Shown here piece after piece: positions 10,472 through 20,208 of a stretch of DNA of 64,000 bases. The DNA is from an uncultured Bacilli bacterium (lineage in GTDB: Bacteria > Bacillota_I > Bacilli_A > RF39 > UBA660). The DNA lies in contig CALVIV010000001.1 of NCBI GenBank assembly GCA_944331935.1, positions 9,968 to 73,967 on the forward strand, given 5' to 3'. Numbering within the stretch: the stretch's first letter is position 1; each line of letters starts with the position of its first letter. Below the pieces are notes generated by a model. The model made no database searches. It saw nothing but the letters and a program-made list of their open reading frames with translations, and had not been told where the DNA came from. The translations under genes and the position numbers were made by a program.

Positions 10472-12541
10472 TTAATTTCCACTCTTTTTAATGATTTCTT
10501 CAGCAATATTTTTAGGAACTTCTTCATAATGATCAAATGTCATAACAAAGTTTCCTCTACCTTGAGTATTACTACGTAAGTTAGTAGCATATCCAAACAT
10601 TTCAGAAAGTGGAACCATTGCTGATAATTTAACCACATTTCCAAGAGACTCTTGTCCAAGTGGACGTCCACGACGACTAGTTAAGTCTCCCATAACGTTA
10701 CCGAAGTACTCATCAGGTGTCGTAACATCAACTTTCATGATTGGTTCAAGAAGTACTGCTTGACACTTATTCTTAGCTTCTTTTAAAGCCATAGATGCAG
10801 CAATCTTAAATGCCATTTCACTAGAATCAACATCATGATATGAACCATCAAATAATGTTGCTTTAATATCAATCATAGGGTATCCAGCTAAAATACCAGT
10901 TTGCATTGCTTCTTGTAATCCCTTATCAACAACAGGAATATATTCACGAGGAACAACACCACCAACGATTTGATCAACAAATTCATATCCTTTATCAGGA
11001 TTTGGTTCAAACTTAATCCAAACGTGACCATATTGTCCACGACCACCAGATTGTTTAATGTATTTACCTTCACAATCAGCTGCTTGTTTAATAGTCTCAC
11101 GATAAGCAACTTGTGGAGCACCAACGTTCGCTTCAACATGGAACTCACGTTTCATACGATCAACTAAGACATCAAGGTGTAACTCACCCATACCAGCGAT
11201 AACAGTTTGACCTGTTTCATGATCAGTATGTACTCTAAATGTTGGATCTTCTTCAGCAAGTTTTTGTAATGCAAGTGCCATCTTATCTTGATCTGCTTTA
11301 CTCTTAGGTTCTACAGCAAGTTGAATAACTGGCTCAGGAACAATAAGTTTCTCTAAGATAATAGGTTTCTTCTCATCACATAATGTATCTCCTGTAGTAG
11401 TATTCTTAAGACCAACAGCAGCAGCTATATCACCAGTATATACATCACTAATCTCTTTACGAGTATTAGCATGCATCTGTAAGATACGACCAATTCTTTC
11501 CTTAGCATCTTTAGTAGAGTTAAGTACATAACTACCACTAGCTAAATGACCTGAATAAACTCTAAAGAATGTTAAACGTCCAACGAATGGATCAGTCATA
11601 ACTTTAAATGCTAATGCACTAAATGGTTCACTATCACTTGGATGACGAACTTCTTCTTCTCCCTTTAAGTTATGTCCCTTAATAGATGGAATGTCTAAAG
11701 GGCTTGGTAAGTAATCAATAACAGCATCAAGTAATGGTTTAATACCCATATTACCTAAAGCAGTACCACACATAACTGGGAAGAACTTAGCTGCAAGACA
11801 TCCTTTACGAATAGCACGTTTAATCATTTCTACTGTTACTTCTCCACCTTCAAGATATGTTTCCATCATCTCATCATCGAATTCAGCAACAGCATCAAGT
11901 AAATCAGCATGTTTCTCTTCTGCTAAATCTTTTAAGTCTGCAGGAATTTCTATTTCTTTAGACTCTTCAGCCTCAGTACCATCAAAAAGATAAGCTTTCA
12001 TAGTAACTAAATCAATAACACCATGGAACTCAGCTTCAGCACCAATAGGCCATTGTATAGGTTTAGCATTAACTCCTAAACGGTCTTTAATAGTTTTTAA
12101 ACTATATTCAAAGTTAGCTCCCATCTTATCCATTTTATTTGCAAAAATCATTCTAGGAACTTTAAATTCATCAGCTTGTCTCCAAACTGTTTCCATTTGT
12201 GGTTCAACACCAGCTTGAGCATCAAGCAAAGCTACAGAACCATCTAAAACTCTTAAACTACGACTAACTTCGATAGTAAAGTCTACGTGTCCTGGAGTAT
12301 CGATAATATTGTAACGATATCCTTTCCAATATGCAGTAGTAGCTGCACTTGTTATGGTAATACCACGCTCTTTTTCTTGCTCCATCCAATCCATTTGACT
12401 AGCACCTTCATGAGTCTCACCAATCTTATGGATTTTACCAGTAAGATATAGAATACGTTCAGTACAAGTAGTCTTACCAGCATCGATATGAGCCATAATT
12501 CCAAAGTTTCTTGTTTTTTCTAATGACGTATCTCTTGCCAT
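10472..12541 (-). CDS. fusA: Elongation factor G.
   Basis: [14 protein letters not shown] and full-length EF-G similarity. Sits in the str operon context. Confidence 0.95.
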   Translation of the reverse strand: MARDTSLEKTRNFGIMAHIDAGKTTCTERILYLTGKIHKIGETHEGASQMDWMEQEKERGITITSAATTAYWKGYRYNIIDTPGHVDFTIEVSRSLRVLDGSVALLDAQAGVEPQMETVWRQADEFKVPRMIFANKMDKMGANFEYSLKTIKDRLGVNAKPIQWPIGAEAEFHGVIDLVTMKAYLFDGTEAEESKEIEIPADLKDLAEEKHADLLDAVAEFDDEMMETYLEGGEVTVEMIKRAIRKGCLAAKFFPVMCGTALGNMGIKPLLDAVIDYLPSPLDIPSIKGHNLKGEEEVRHPSDSEPFSALAFKVMTDPFVGRLTFFRVYSGHLASGSYVLNSTKDAKERIGRILQMHANTRKEISDVYTGDIAAAVGLKNTTTGDTLCDEKKPIILEKLIVPEPVIQLAVEPKSKADQDKMALALQKLAEEDPTFRVHTDHETGQTVIAGMGELHLDVLVDRMKREFHVEANVGAPQVAYRETIKQAADCEGKYIKQSGGRGQYGHVWIKFEPNPDKGYEFVDQIVGGVVPREYIPVVDKGLQEAMQTGILAGYPMIDIKATLFDGSYHDVDSSEMAFKIAASMALKEAKNKCQAVLLEPIMKVDVTTPDEYFGNVMGDLTSRRGRPLGQESLGNVVKLSAMVPLSEMFGYATNLRSNTQGRGNFVMTFDHYEEVPKNIAEEIIKKSGN

Positions 12542-12553
12542 AATTTCTCCTTC

Positions 12554-13021
12554 CTACCAACGATAATGAGCATAAGCCTTATTAGCTTCAGCCATTCTGT
12601 GGGTATCTTCACGTTTTTTAACAGCAGCACCTGTACCATTAGATGCATCTATTATTTCATTAGCTAAATTATCAGCCATTCCACGTCCTCCACGTTTTCT
12701 AGAAAATCCAACTAACCAACGTAAAGCTAAAGCTTCAGCTCTTGCTGGAGTAACTTCTTGAGGAACTTGATAATTAGCTCCACCTACTCTTCTAGATTTA
12801 ACTTCTAAAGCAGGCTTAATATTTTCCATCGCTTCATTAAAAGCATCTATTGCATCTTTACCAGTTTTCTCTTTAACGATATTAAAAGCATCATAAACGA
12901 TAGTTTGAGCAACACCTTTTTTACCATCAAGCATAACTGTATTAATAAGTTTAGCAACAGTCTTAGACTTATATATAGGATCTGGTAAAATATCTCTTTT
13001 AACAGCACGTCTTTTACGCAT
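12554..13021 (-). CDS. rpsG: 30S ribosomal protein S7.
   Basis: 155 aa matching S7. Lies between rpsL and fusA. Confidence 0.95.
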   Translation of the reverse strand: MRKRRAVKRDILPDPIYKSKTVAKLINTVMLDGKKGVAQTIVYDAFNIVKEKTGKDAIDAFNEAMENIKPALEVKSRRVGGANYQVPQEVTPARAEALALRWLVGFSRKRGGRGMADNLANEIIDASNGTGAAVKKREDTHRMAEANKAYAHYRW

Positions 13022-13045
13022 AATTTATCCTCCTTCCAATTCTAA

Positions 13046-13097
13046 ATATTATTTCTTAGGCTTTTTAGCACAGCTTATTTCTTAGGCTTTTTAGCCC
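13046..13097. repeat. Imperfect 22-26 bp tandem duplication of the rpsL 3' end.
   Basis: ttatttcttaggctttttagcacagc followed by ttatttcttaggctttttagccccg. The first copy lies just past the rpsL stop codon. Confidence 0.6.
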
Positions 13098-13497
13098 CGT
13101 ATTTACTACGGCCTTGTTTTCTATCTTTAACTCCTGCTGTATCTAGTGCGCCACGAATAATATGATAACGAACTCCGATTAAGTCCTTAACACGTCCACC
13201 ACGAACTAATACAACACTATGCTCTTGTAAGTTATGTCCAATACCAGGAATATAAGTATCTACTTCCTTACCATTACTTAATCTAACACGAGCATACTTA
13301 CGTAAAGCTGAGTTTGGTTTCTTAGGTGTCTTAGTACCAACACGAGTACAAACTCCACGTTTTTGAGGAGATGGATTATTTGTTTGTTTTCTTCTAATTG
13401 TATTAACTCCTACTAAAAGTACTGGAGCCTTACTCTTACGAGTCTTACTTCCTCTACCTTTACGAACTAATTGATTTACTGTAGGCATTGTAATCAT
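13075..13497 (-). CDS. rpsL: 30S ribosomal protein S12.
   Basis: [12 protein letters not shown]...KKPNSALRK matches S12. Confidence 0.95.
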   Translation of the reverse strand: MITMPTVNQLVRKGRGSKTRKSKAPVLLVGVNTIRRKQTNNPSPQKRGVCTRVGTKTPKKPNSALRKYARVRLSNGKEVDTYIPGIGHNLQEHSVVLVRGGRVKDLIGVRYHIIRGALDTAGVKDRKQGRSKYGAKKPKK

Positions 13498-13627
13498 TAA
13501 CTCCTTTCTTTACACATATCCAGGTGTATCATTTTTACTTCTAAATAAAGTTTTGCCCATGGCAAAACCAAATTTAAATCAGCATACATACTATAACATC
13601 ATACTAAGGCTAATGTCAATAATTTTC

Positions 13628-14821
13628 TCAAATTTTTCTAATCAAGGATTTACCTTCTTTAAAATTACAATCAGAAGCACAAGTATAATCAGGAAAGGTA
13701 CACCTAGCACCTTTAGAATATTTTATGATATCTGATGCTAAAGGATGATTTTTTTCTTCTAAAGCTTTTTTATAATCAAGTAAAGTATCTCTAGTTTGTC
13801 TCATAATCTCAAGTTGAGCAGCAGAACAAAGTCTTTCTTTACATTTTAAAATAAAATCTTCATATTTACCTTCTTCACTAATTCTAACAAGCTCACCTTG
13901 TGGAACAATATCAGAAACACTTTTTATATCATTAAGCCACTCTACAGTTAAAACCTTATCATCACTAATAATAGGTGGAACAAAATAATCTTTTTGTTCT
14001 AATCTCTCCATCTGATAATCAAGTGTTCTATGTCGTTGTGCCTGAGCAAGTTCTGCAAAAGAACCATTATAAACAGTTGAATATACATCTCCAAAATATA
14101 TTTCTTTAGACTCTAAATCATTCCCAAATAAAGATAATGACCGAGCTTTATCATTTTTTAACAATCCTTCTTCTAATACATTTAAATTTCCTAATTCATC
14201 ATAAAAGTCTTGCATTTTACTAGCTAAACTATTTTGAAAATAATCATTCTTATCTGCTTTATCTATATAATTTTTCATAAAAAATGCGATATAATTAATC
14301 TGTCTAAAAGAAGTAGAATAAATCATTTGTGTAGGCATAAATACAGAAACTAAGTATCTTGCATTCTCTTGAGCAAGTTTAGTTATCTTTGAATCATTAA
14401 AAACATCCCCATACTGCTCTTTAATTTTCACTTTAAATATTTCTATCCACTTATTATAAAGTTCTTCTTCCCTTAAAGTTATCGCATCATCTGTTCTAAC
14501 TACAGGAGTATATCTAGCAGATTTTTCACTGGTAGTATATTGATGTTCATTATTAATAACCATCGCTAATATTTTAGGAATATTTTGCATATTAAAATTA
14601 ATTGTAATATGATCATAAACACTATGATGACCATTATTAAGAGTCATATTAACTCGTCTCATTGTCTTTTTTTCATCTTCATTCAAAAGATGAAAAAATC
14701 CTTCCTTATCATAGCAAACCCCAGCAATTTTCCCAGATAGTTTAATAGCACTATCCTTAGCAAAAGTTCCATTCTTTTTCAAAAAATAATTTGGTAAAAT
14801 ATCAATTTTTAGTTTACTCAT
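13628..14821 (-). CDS. ThyX-like (flavin-dependent thymidylate synthase family) protein, divergent and unusually long.
   Basis: GHHSVYDHITINFNMQNIPKILAMVINNEHQYTTSEKSARY follows the ThyX pattern (H-x-S-V..H ... S-x-x-S-x-R-Y), but the canonical RHR is replaced by NEH. A separate QRHR occurs about 150 aa later. 397 aa. Confidence 0.4.
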   Translation of the reverse strand: MSKLKIDILPNYFLKKNGTFAKDSAIKLSGKIAGVCYDKEGFFHLLNEDEKKTMRRVNMTLNNGHHSVYDHITINFNMQNIPKILAMVINNEHQYTTSEKSARYTPVVRTDDAITLREEELYNKWIEIFKVKIKEQYGDVFNDSKITKLAQENARYLVSVFMPTQMIYSTSFRQINYIAFFMKNYIDKADKNDYFQNSLASKMQDFYDELGNLNVLEEGLLKNDKARSLSLFGNDLESKEIYFGDVYSTVYNGSFAELAQAQRHRTLDYQMERLEQKDYFVPPIISDDKVLTVEWLNDIKSVSDIVPQGELVRISEEGKYEDFILKCKERLCSAAQLEIMRQTRDTLLDYKKALEEKNHPLASDIIKYSKGARCTFPDYTCASDCNFKEGKSLIRKI

Positions 14822-14877
14822 AATATATCCTCCCTAAATCTCCCCTATTACTCTTTAATTAATTATATCACAACAAT

Positions 14878-15272
14878 TTAAACTCTTCCATAAGTTTCTA
14901 CATAAGGTTTTTTCAAGTATTCTTTAAAAATTATTTTATTATAAATATTCATTTGTAATTTATAACACTTTCCATGAGAACTATGAGCAAGCCAAGAATT
15001 CCATTCTAACACAGTCTTATCTAAATCAAGAAGACCTCTTTCATATAACATATTCCAACGTCTTACTTTTCTTTTAATCTTTTTAATACTTCTTTTCCTA
15101 AGTAATCTATAACTCTCATATATCCTAAATCCACAAAAATCAAGTCCCATCTTATTAGGATAGTATCTACTTTTATTATTAAGTTCTAAATGAAGTCTTG
15201 TCCCTACATACTTCTCTACAACTTTAAGAACTTCCTTGGCTTCCTCTTTAGTTCTAACAAACATAATAAAGT
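14878..15272 (-). CDS. DGR reverse transcriptase, exon 2 (thumb/C-terminal part). It is joined to exon 1 by splicing of the group II intron.
   Basis: The reading frame is open from 15272 (ac|ttt att atg...). After splicing it reads ...YVRYMD-D-FIMFVRTKEEAKEV..., restoring YxDD and the downstream RT thumb. Confidence 0.7.
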
Positions 15273-17192
15273 ATCGAGTAGAAATCTATGTCACCATATA
15301 TTCCCCTCACGGATCCGTACGTGCAGCTTTCCCGCATACGGCTCTTCATAATATAGATTTTAATTATTCCTCAAATTGCTTCCAAATTCTATCATATATA
15401 TTTACTTTTATATATGGCTTAGGTATATTATATTCAACTAAAAGCTTTTTAAATTCTTCTTTAGTATAACTTCGTCTTTGACTTCTTCTATTTAACCATT
15501 TAAATAGAATTTGTAAAGAACGGTAGTAGAATTTGCAAATAGAATGGTAGTTGTCTGTTATTCCAAAATAATTATAATGTCCAATTAATTTTCTTTTAAC
15601 AGTGTTCATGATATCTTCTATTGGCATAGCTCTATTGTCTTTACACCACATATTAAACTCTACTAGTTTCTTATTAAATTTACTTCGCGAAGTTTTACGT
15701 TTAACTCTAAATTTACCTTTCTTGCTTTTACTACAGTAATGTGTAAATCCTAGAAAATCAAAAGTTTCAGGTTTTCCAACTTTTGTATTATTAAGAGCAA
15801 ACCTTCCAAAGGCAATCAGTCTAGTTTTATCCGGCGCAAGTTCTAATCCTACTTCTTTAAGTCTTTTGGGTAGTAGGACTTTATAAAAGTATTCCGCCTC
15901 ATCCTTATGTTGAAAACAACATATAAAGTCATCTGCATAATTAATTATGCTTGCAAAACCTCTTAATTTTGGTTTGACATATTTTTCAAACCATTTTATA
16001 AGACTGTAGTACATGTAGATGTTCGCTAGTATTGGACTCACTATAGAACCTTGTGGTGTTCCATATTCTGAGACATAGAATTGTCCTTTATCGAGTACAC
16101 CTGCATTAAGAAACTTTCTTACAAGTATCAAAATGTTAGTATCTTTAACATGTAGTTTTAGACATTTCATTAAATTGTCATGATTAATGTTATCAAAGAA
16201 GCCTTTAATATCAGCTTCAACAACATAGCTTGTATAATTCCATTCTATATCATATGCTACTTGTGCTAAGGCTTCATGACAACCCAAGCTTTTCCTAAAG
16301 CCATACATATTATTACTAAATCTCGGTTCAAATATAGCTTCAAGTACTTTCTTCAAGGCTAATTGTACTATTTTGTCCTCAAAATTTGCTATTGCTAAAC
16401 TTCTTAATTTACCATTAGATTTAGGGATATAAACTCGTCTTGATGGCATAGGCTTGTATTCCTTTGTTTTAAGGCTATTTACTAAATTTTCTAGGTTTTG
16501 AGGTAAGTTCCTCAAATATTCATCTTGAGTTACTTTATCAATACCTACTGCTTTATTACCATTTAATTCATCAAAACACTCTTTTAGTAATTCTCTATCA
16601 ATCATATGATAAATTGAAGTAAATATTATTTTATTGTTCTCTTTTGCAATTTGATTTATTCTTGTTATTTTCTGTGTCATTATTTATCACTCCTTGTATA
16701 GTGTAACGTTTCCTTTTAACAATTTCTATATTATGTGAACCCCTTCCCTACTTTGCATTTATTTATGCAATATTAACAGTACTATGAGTTCATCTGACTA
16801 CCTATATTTCATTTGATATATTTATTTCTTATTTCATCATACTCTGTACCAATTGGCTCACTGCCTACTCTTGGACTAAGAGAAAATATAGGTTCTCACT
16901 GTTCATCGAATAAACATTGTATATCATGATTAGGTCTTACAGACTCCGTGGAAGTTTGATAATACTTCCCATAACATATTATCAAATATCGTATTCCGTT
17001 TGGACGACAACGTCTACACTTCCAATCTATATCGATACGTTTCGAAGCTCAATACTAACCCTAATACCTAACTGTCTACGCTTAATCATAAACGTTACCA
17101 TTTATGACCCAAGACTCGTTACTAGATGTGACGGGTATCACTTTCTAGACAGGAGTTCCACCTGCTAATTTATTCGACCTACACAGTCGCAC
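15273..17192 (-). mobile_element. Bacterial group II intron (about 1.92 kb) inserted in the DGR RT gene.
   Basis: The 5' end is GTGCGACTGTGTAGG, matching the GUGYG consensus. A domain V-like GAGCCGTATGCGGGAAAGCTGCACGTACGGATC lies about 60 nt from the 3' end. The intron ends ...CGAT (AY). An RT/maturase ORF sits in domain IV. Confidence 0.8.
15364..16680 (-). CDS. Group II intron-encoded reverse transcriptase/maturase, lacking an endonuclease domain.
   Basis: RT motifs GTPQGSIVSPILANIYM and INYADDFICCF (YADD), and a maturase domain X (LIGHYNYFGITDNY). The 438-aa protein ends right after domain X with no HNH/En domain. Confidence 0.85.
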   Translation of the reverse strand: MTQKITRINQIAKENNKIIFTSIYHMIDRELLKECFDELNGNKAVGIDKVTQDEYLRNLPQNLENLVNSLKTKEYKPMPSRRVYIPKSNGKLRSLAIANFEDKIVQLALKKVLEAIFEPRFSNNMYGFRKSLGCHEALAQVAYDIEWNYTSYVVEADIKGFFDNINHDNLMKCLKLHVKDTNILILVRKFLNAGVLDKGQFYVSEYGTPQGSIVSPILANIYMYYSLIKWFEKYVKPKLRGFASIINYADDFICCFQHKDEAEYFYKVLLPKRLKEVGLELAPDKTRLIAFGRFALNNTKVGKPETFDFLGFTHYCSKSKKGKFRVKRKTSRSKFNKKLVEFNMWCKDNRAMPIEDIMNTVKRKLIGHYNYFGITDNYHSICKFYYRSLQILFKWLNRRSQRRSYTKEEFKKLLVEYNIPKPYIKVNIYDRIWKQFEE

Positions 17193-17859
17193 CATCCATG
17201 TATCTAACATAGTACTTAATATGAAGTTTCTCTTTAACATAATGGTCAAGTTCATTCATATAGATATTAGCAAAGAACTGTGACGTATAATTACCAATTG
17301 GAAGCCCCACTTCTTCACCATCATTATATATAAATTCATAAGTTAAGTCTAAAAGTTTCTCATCTTTAATAAATTTATTCAAAATATTATATAAAACATC
17401 TTTATCTATATTATAAAAAAATCCCTTTATATCACATTTAACAATATAATAAGCACCATACTTATTCTTCATCTTCTGCATATATTCCTGTGCCCTATCT
17501 ACCGCTTTATGGGTACCTCTTCCTTCTATACAAGCATAAGAATCATTAATAAAGCGAGGCACAATATAAGGTTTAATAAATTCATGAATATACCACTGAT
17601 GGACTATTCTATCAACATAAGGTAAAGCTCTAATAATTCTTTCTTTAGGTTCATATATTTTAAACGTTCTATATTTTCCCATTTTATATGTACCATTCTT
17701 TAATTTCTTATAAAGATTAACTATATTAGTCTCTAAATCTACTTCAAACTTTAAAACTTCCCTAGAATATCTCTTAGTCTTACTAGCACGTTCATGTGCC
17801 TCCAACAAAGCTTCAACAGTTAAATGTTTATCAAAAGCATTTCTTATCGTGTGAGGCAT
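17193..17859 (-). CDS. DGR reverse transcriptase, exon 1 (fingers/palm up to YMD).
   Basis: The DGR-specific motif LPIGNYTSQFFANIYMNELDHYV (I-G-x-x-x-S-Q instead of the group II Q-G-x-x-x-S-P), then ...YVRYMD immediately before the intron 5' splice site. Overlaps the avd end by 16 nt. Confidence 0.75.
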
Positions 17860-18239
17860 GACCTAATCCATCCTCCATTAAGATTAGAAATATTAGTAAG
17901 TTTCTTACTCCAAGCTGTATAATTTTTAGAATTAATATACTTTTTCTTATGAGAAACTCTAATCAATACTTTAATAATTTTAAAATTAGCATCAAGCTCA
18001 TTTAAGTAGGAAAGTCTTTTTTTCTTGTCAAACTCTTTCTGAGCATAAATAATATCCTTAAGTCCTTCATAAGTAGCATTTTTAATATCTTGAGCCAATG
18101 AAAAACGTTCACTCTTAGGATATTTCAAAAGTATTGTAAGAGTATAATAAATAAGTTCTACATATTGCTTATAAATAACTAAGCCCTCTAAATCATCCAT
18201 ATAGTCGCCCTCCAAAATATCATATTTTCTAGTATTCAA
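17844..18239 (-). CDS. avd: Avd-like accessory variability determinant (small helical-bundle protein).
   Basis: About 118-131 aa, predicted all-helical and basic. Positioned between the TR and the DGR RT. The track start is TTG; an ATG (MDDLEG...) lies at 18200. Confidence 0.55.
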   Translation of the reverse strand: MNTRKYDILEGDYMDDLEGLVIYKQYVELIYYTLTILLKYPKSERFSLAQDIKNATYEGLKDIIYAQKEFDKKKRLSYLNELDANFKIIKVLIRVSHKKKYINSKNYTAWSKKLTNISNLNGGWIRSCLTR

Positions 18240-18364
18240 AAAATCTACTAACTAGAAAAAATATTACTTCTATTTTTATTCGCAAACGAATTGGAAAAAA
18301 CTCTCTATGATATTTATTTTTTATTATCTAAAATAATAACTTAAATAATCATTACATCATAGTT

Positions 18365-18480
18365 CTCATCACGAGGCGGAACGAGCCATTAACATTAGGA
18401 CCACCATTGTTACCGTTAGTGTTGAAATAGAAAACTCCCGCTATATTACCAGGATTAGAAGAATGGTTACCGCCGCGCAC
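18365..18480 (-). repeat. DGR template repeat (TR unit 1), cognate to the VR at 21261-21378.
   Basis: 108/116 identical to the VR. Seven of the 8 mismatches fall where TR has A on the minus strand (VR has G/T/C there). The TR frame encodes many Asn (AAY) codons; the VR has Y/A/V/S at those sites. Confidence 0.8.
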
Positions 18481-18718
18481 TAATCAATAAAACAAAAGAT
18501 ATATTAAGTTTCTCCCAATAAAAAAGTACCATAAAAATTAAAAGTAAACAATATATTTAAACAAAATTAAACCCACATATTTTCTAGTATTCGTATAACT
18601 ACTAACTAGAAAGATACTACTTCTTTTTTTATTCATAAAATGAATTGGAAAAAACTTTATATGATATTTATTTTTTATTATCTAAAATAATAACTTAAAT
18701 AATCATCACATCATAGTA

Positions 18719-18828
18719 CTCATCACGAGGCGGAACGAGTTGTTACTGTTCACCCCACCAAGTAAAGTGGTACGATTAAAGTTGAATACACCTGCATTAG
18801 TATTATTGTTATAGTTACCGCCGCGCAC
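18719..18828 (-). repeat. TR-like cassette, unit 2.
   Basis: Same boundaries. The inner sequence encodes VRGGNYNNNTNAGVFNFNRTTLLGGVNSNNSFRLVM, with in-frame stops on both sides. Confidence 0.6.
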
Positions 18829-19049
18829 CAACTATTACAAAAGGTTTCACAAATATTTAAAGTTTTTCCCATCTAAAAAGTATCACAATTTAAAATAGAT
18901 TACAACTAAAAATTTCTAGTATTCGTAAACCTACTAACTAGAAATAAATTACTTCATTCTTTCATTCTTATCGAAATGGAAAAAACTCTCTATGATATTC
19001 ATTTTTTATTATATCTATAATAACTTAAATAATTCTTATATCATAGTCT

Positions 19050-19159
19050 CTCATCACGAGGCGGAACGAATTGTTAATGTTACCAGCGGCCTGAGTAGTA
19101 GTACGATTAAAGTTGAAAACACCTGCATTAGTAGTATCGTTATAGTTACCGCCGCGCAC
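19050..19159 (-). repeat. TR-like cassette, unit 3.
   Basis: Encodes VRGGNYNDTTNAGVFNFNRTTTQAAGNINNSFRLVM. The boundary has one substitution (ggaacgaa). Confidence 0.6.
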
Positions 19160-19405
19160 CAACTAAATCATATTACAAAATAACTTTTAAGTTTTTCCCA
19201 ACAAAAAAGTACCATAAATTACTAAGAAAAACAATATATATAAATAAATAATTTTAAACACAATACTTTCTAGTATTCGAAAAACCTACTAACTAGAAAC
19301 ATACTACTTCATTTTTTCATTCATAAAATGAATTGGAAAAAACTTTCTATGATATTTATTTTTTATTATATACATAATAACTTAAATAATTCTTATATCA
19401 TAGTC

Positions 19406-19513
19406 TCTCATCACGAGGCGGAACGAGCCATTGTTGTTACCATTACCAAGATTCCAGGTATTGAAGTTGAAAATACCTGCATTAGAAGTGTTGTTATTGT
19501 TACCGCCGCGCAA
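19406..19513 (-). repeat. TR-like cassette, unit 4.
   Basis: Encodes LRGGNNNNTSNAGIFNFNTWNLGNGNNNGSFRLVM, with 11 Asn codons. Confidence 0.6.
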
Positions 19514-19758
19514 CAACTAAATCACATCACAAAATAACTTTTAAGTTTCTCCCAACAAAAAAGTACCATAAATTACTAAGAAAAACAATCTATATAAACA
19601 AATAGTTTTAAACACATACTTTCTAGTATTCGAAAAACCTACTAACTAGAAATATATTACTTCATTTTTTATTCATAAAATGAATTGGAAAAAAACTCTC
19701 TATGATAAATATTTTTTATTATATCTATAATAACTTAAATAATTCTTATATCATAGTT

Positions 19759-19868
19759 CTCATCACGAGGCGGAACGAGTTGTTACTGTTAGGACCACCA
19801 AGATTAATAGTTGCGTTAAAGTTGAAAACACCCGCATTAGTAGTATTATTATAACCACCGCCGCGCAC
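19759..19868 (-). repeat. TR-like cassette, unit 5.
   Basis: Encodes VRGGGYNNTTNAGVFNFNATINLGGPNSNNSFRLVM. This is the track ORF 19746..19940. Confidence 0.6.
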
Positions 19869-20078
19869 CATAACATAAATAAAACGGTATTTAAAAGTTT
19901 TTCCCAAACAAATTTTATCAAAACTACATAACAAAAACAAGGCTAAGAGCCTTGCCTATGATTACTGATATTCGCCCAAATAAACTACTAACCATCATCA
20001 TATATATAAGTTTACTTATAAAAGTAGGAATTAAATCTCTAGGATATTAATTTTTTATTATATACACAATAACTTAAA

Positions 20079-20208
20079 TTACGATTATATCGTAGTCACG
20101 CTCATCACGAGGCGGAACGAGCCTTACGAGCATCGTATCAAAATAGAGCAACAAAGAATATTGACGAAATCAATTACACAAAAAAAACCACCGCCGCGCA
20201 ACAACCAA
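20079..20208 (-). pseudogene. Degenerate VR remnant (unit 6) with its own downstream hairpin.
   Basis: Carries the VR-type flanks (gtcacgctcatcacgaggcggaacgagcc and ccgccgcgcaacaacca) of the live target gene. The inner 65 bp are unrelated and hit an in-frame stop. A hairpin tacgat-ata-atcgta sits where the live VR has tagtcc-gtaa-ggacta. Confidence 0.5.

Larger units (their letters stand above)
18225..19870 (-). repeat. Tandem array of five about 340-bp units, each a TR-like cassette plus a conserved hairpin-bearing spacer.
   Basis: Every unit is bounded by ctcatcacgaggcggaacga(g) and ccgccgcgca. Spacers are more than 85% conserved and contain tttctagtattcg-N-ctactaactagaaa. Minus-strand frames encode short AAY-rich peptides (VRGG-N...AGVF(Y/N)FN...SFRLVM) closed by stop codons. 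Confidence 0.8.

Noticed and set aside
13628-14821. Calling this gene a bona fide thyX (thymidylate synthase).
   Set aside because: The RHR catalytic motif at the canonical position is not conserved and the protein is about 150 aa too long. It is kept as ThyX-like only.
16917-17168. 83-aa plus-strand ORF inside the 5' part of the group II intron.
   Set aside because: It lies in intron domains I-III on the wrong strand. There is no RBS, and the translation has a low-complexity composition.
18992-19537. Plus-strand ORFs of 63-69 aa (18992..19183 and 19328..19537) inside the TR cassette array.
   Set aside because: They run through spacers and cassettes on the strand opposite to the DGR. The conserved VR-like peptide frame (…AGVFNFN…SFRLVM) is on the minus strand. 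They are treated as chance ORFs in AT-rich repeat sequence.
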